From positions 1 to 26,982 of IMG/VR virus record IMGVR_UViG_3300037470_000185: 26,982 nucleotides of DNA; one strand, given 5' to 3'. The notes under the pieces are model-generated. The model had not been told where the DNA came from. It did not search any database and worked only from the letters and a program-made list of their open reading frames with translations. Made by a program: the position numbers and the translations under genes. Numbering within the stretch: position 1 is the first letter of the stretch; every line of letters starts with the position of its first letter. The stretch is from a virus (lineage: Duplodnaviria > Caudoviricetes). Positions 25,366-26,982 of the stretch are shown here, piece by piece.

Positions 25366-25739
25366 CCGTTCTTTTTGCGCCGCCTGATTATTGGCTGCTC
25401 ACCAAAGACCAACGCGCCGACATTTCTAATGGTTGCGGGACCAGGGGGCTTCTTGGTCTTCTGGTCCCGGATACGGTATATTTTCTATCAATAAAAAGTG
25501 CTTGCGATATACACGATTTCATGTACGCTATTGGTATAACCATTAAAGACAAGCAGGAAGCAGACCGGGTTTTCCTTAACAACATGATGCGCATTATAGA
25601 CCACGAAACAAGGTGGGACTGGCTGAAGGTTTTAAGGTTGCGCCGGGCAAAAACCTACTATCAGGCCGTGAAGAATTTTGGGGGTTTGGCATTCTGGAGC
25701 GGAAAAAACGCACCAGAGAACAAGGGAGGATCCGCATGA
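25362..25739 (+). CDS. phospholipase A2-like protein (DUF1353/prokaryotic PLA2 fold)
   Basis: NGCG, AC.IHD..Y, AD..F..NM and Y.AV..FG motifs. Confidence 0.7.
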   Translation: MTVLFAPPDYWLLTKDQRADISNGCGTRGLLGLLVPDTVYFLSIKSACDIHDFMYAIGITIKDKQEADRVFLNNMMRIIDHETRWDWLKVLRLRRAKTYYQAVKNFGGLAFWSGKNAPENKGGSA

Positions 25740-25933
25740 ACCAGCTCAATATTGACCACTACAAATGCAACAGATGCGGGGCGTGTGAATTCACGTTGAA
25801 AAACCTCCATGAGAAGGCCATAGACGGGCGCTTGTTTGTTTCCGACACAAACCTACGGAAGCACTCGGCAGAGATCACCACGGCGATTGTATCGTGCAAG
25901 AACGATGCCCTGTATCTTTCGCTGGCATTGTAA
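25736..25933 (+). CDS. ferredoxin-like protein (single [4Fe-4S] type, 65 aa)
   Basis: GGAGG RBS, ATGA coupling. IDHYKCNRCGAC (CxxCxxC) and distal AIVSCKNDAL (the CPxxAI position). Confidence 0.6.
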   Translation: MNQLNIDHYKCNRCGACEFTLKNLHEKAIDGRLFVSDTNLRKHSAEITTAIVSCKNDALYLSLAL

Positions 25934-26322
25934 TGACTACTAGCAAGGACCAGGCCGCTTTCCTCCTGGACGTGTGCAAGCTGATCCAATTCGCAACTTC
26001 CCTCGGCTGGCGAGTAACAGAGGGAGAATTTAAGCGGACCCCCGAACAGCAGAGAATCTACTTTGACAAGGGCCTGTCAAAAACCCTGAACAGCAGACAC
26101 CTTGTCGGCATGGCCGCAGACCTCAACTTCATTCGTGAATCTGACGGGCTGTATATCGGGGCGCTGAAAACCAGGGCGGCGCTCGGGATGCTCCGCCCTG
26201 TTGGCGAATTCTGGGAGTCGCTTTCACCGCTTAACAGGTGGGGCGGGAACTTTGACCGGGATTGGTCAAGAGACGACAGCTTTCATGATGTCCCTCATGT
26301 GGAGCGTTTAGATTCAAAGTGA
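25933..26322 (+). CDS. M15-family peptidase endolysin
   Basis: RTPEQQ, SRHLVGMAAD (SxHxxGxAxD), RWGGNF, DVPHVE. TAATG-coupled start. Confidence 0.88.
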   Translation: MTTSKDQAAFLLDVCKLIQFATSLGWRVTEGEFKRTPEQQRIYFDKGLSKTLNSRHLVGMAADLNFIRESDGLYIGALKTRAALGMLRPVGEFWESLSPLNRWGGNFDRDWSRDDSFHDVPHVERLDSK

Positions 26323-26564
26323 GCAGCAAAGCCTACCGGCAAAAGCACCGGGAGCAGGGGCTATGCATTGATTGCATATTGCCCGCTGAACCGGGACACA
26401 CAAGATGCGCGTTTCACCGGCAGAAGGCACAGTCGGTCATAAATACAATTAAAAAAAATCGGCTGGAGCAGAGAAGGTGTTACGGATGCGGAAGGCCACT
26501 TTTCCCTGAAGACCCTAAAAATTGCTTGAAATGCTGCAATAGAAAGGAGTCCCAATGGAGATAA
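26319..26564 (+). CDS. double Zn-finger protein
   Basis: GLCIDC...RCAFH and RCYGCG...CLKC. Confidence 0.65.
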   Translation: MSSKAYRQKHREQGLCIDCILPAEPGHTRCAFHRQKAQSVINTIKKNRLEQRRCYGCGRPLFPEDPKNCLKCCNRKESQWR

Positions 26565-26982
26565 AGATTGCGGAGCTGCCAGCAAACTACAAGCTGTACG
26601 ACACCGGGGATTGGCACCTTGGTCCATTAACGTGCCATTTTGACGGGGTTTGTGACCTGATCGAAAAAATTGCCCAGGATGAAAACGGGTTTGTGGTTCT
26701 CAAGGGCGACCTTGGCGACGCTATCACCCCGGAAGACAAGCGATACGCCCACGCCTCCATGGACTTCAAGCGGCTTCTTCTAACACCAATGGAGCAAGCG
26801 GAAAAACTGGTTGAAATTCTTCGGCCAATCAAAGACAAAATTCTCACCTCTGTTATCGGAAACCACGAATATACCCACATAAACACCGTTGACATGACGA
26901 AGTATATTTGCAACTCTCTGGGGGTGCATTACGGGGCTGCTGCATGTAAAATACACGCCGTTATAGGCGGCAAGTTGGCCCA
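26555..26982 (+). CDS. calcineurin-like metallophosphoesterase (partial, runs off the window; not in the ORF track)
   Basis: AAGGAG RBS. Translated by hand: GDWHLG, GDLGD and GNHE motifs in an open frame to the end of the window. Confidence 0.85.
   Translation, partial: MEIKIAELPANYKLYDTGDWHLGPLTCHFDGVCDLIEKIAQDENGFVVLKGDLGDAITPEDKRYAHASMDFKRLLLTPMEQAEKLVEILRPIKDKILTSVIGNHEYTHINTVDMTKYICNSLGVHYGAAACKIHAVIGGKLA

Overview
The window is about 27 kb of a P22/Sf6-like podovirus (phage or prophage). No integrase or att site is visible, and the host cannot be determined from this window. From left to right it holds: an HNH-like gene; a leftward operon of small accessory genes ending in an XRE-HTH gene; a divergent promoter region with a structured leader; a few small rightward genes; a late promoter followed by a terminator; then the morphogenesis operon (TerS, TerL, two inserted genes, portal, scaffold, P22-type coat, decoration/beta-helix proteins, gp4, gp10, a gp26-position protein, three ejection proteins, tailspike). 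A mosaic lysis region and a partial metallophosphoesterase follow. The two most unusual features are: (1) an AT-rich radical SAM gene resembling the tetraether-lipid synthase (Tes/GDGT-MAS, MJ0619) family but lacking its auxiliary-cluster cysteines, overlapping the gp7-like ejection gene, which carries a leader-like extension before a Trp-Cys motif, with a ferredoxin-like gene later in the same run of genes; this suggests radical-SAM modification of a virion protein; (2) a P22-type tailspike whose head-binding domain is preceded by a classical Sec signal peptide, plus a second signal-peptide protein between TerL and portal, suggesting exported virion parts. All family calls come from recalled motifs, not database searches.
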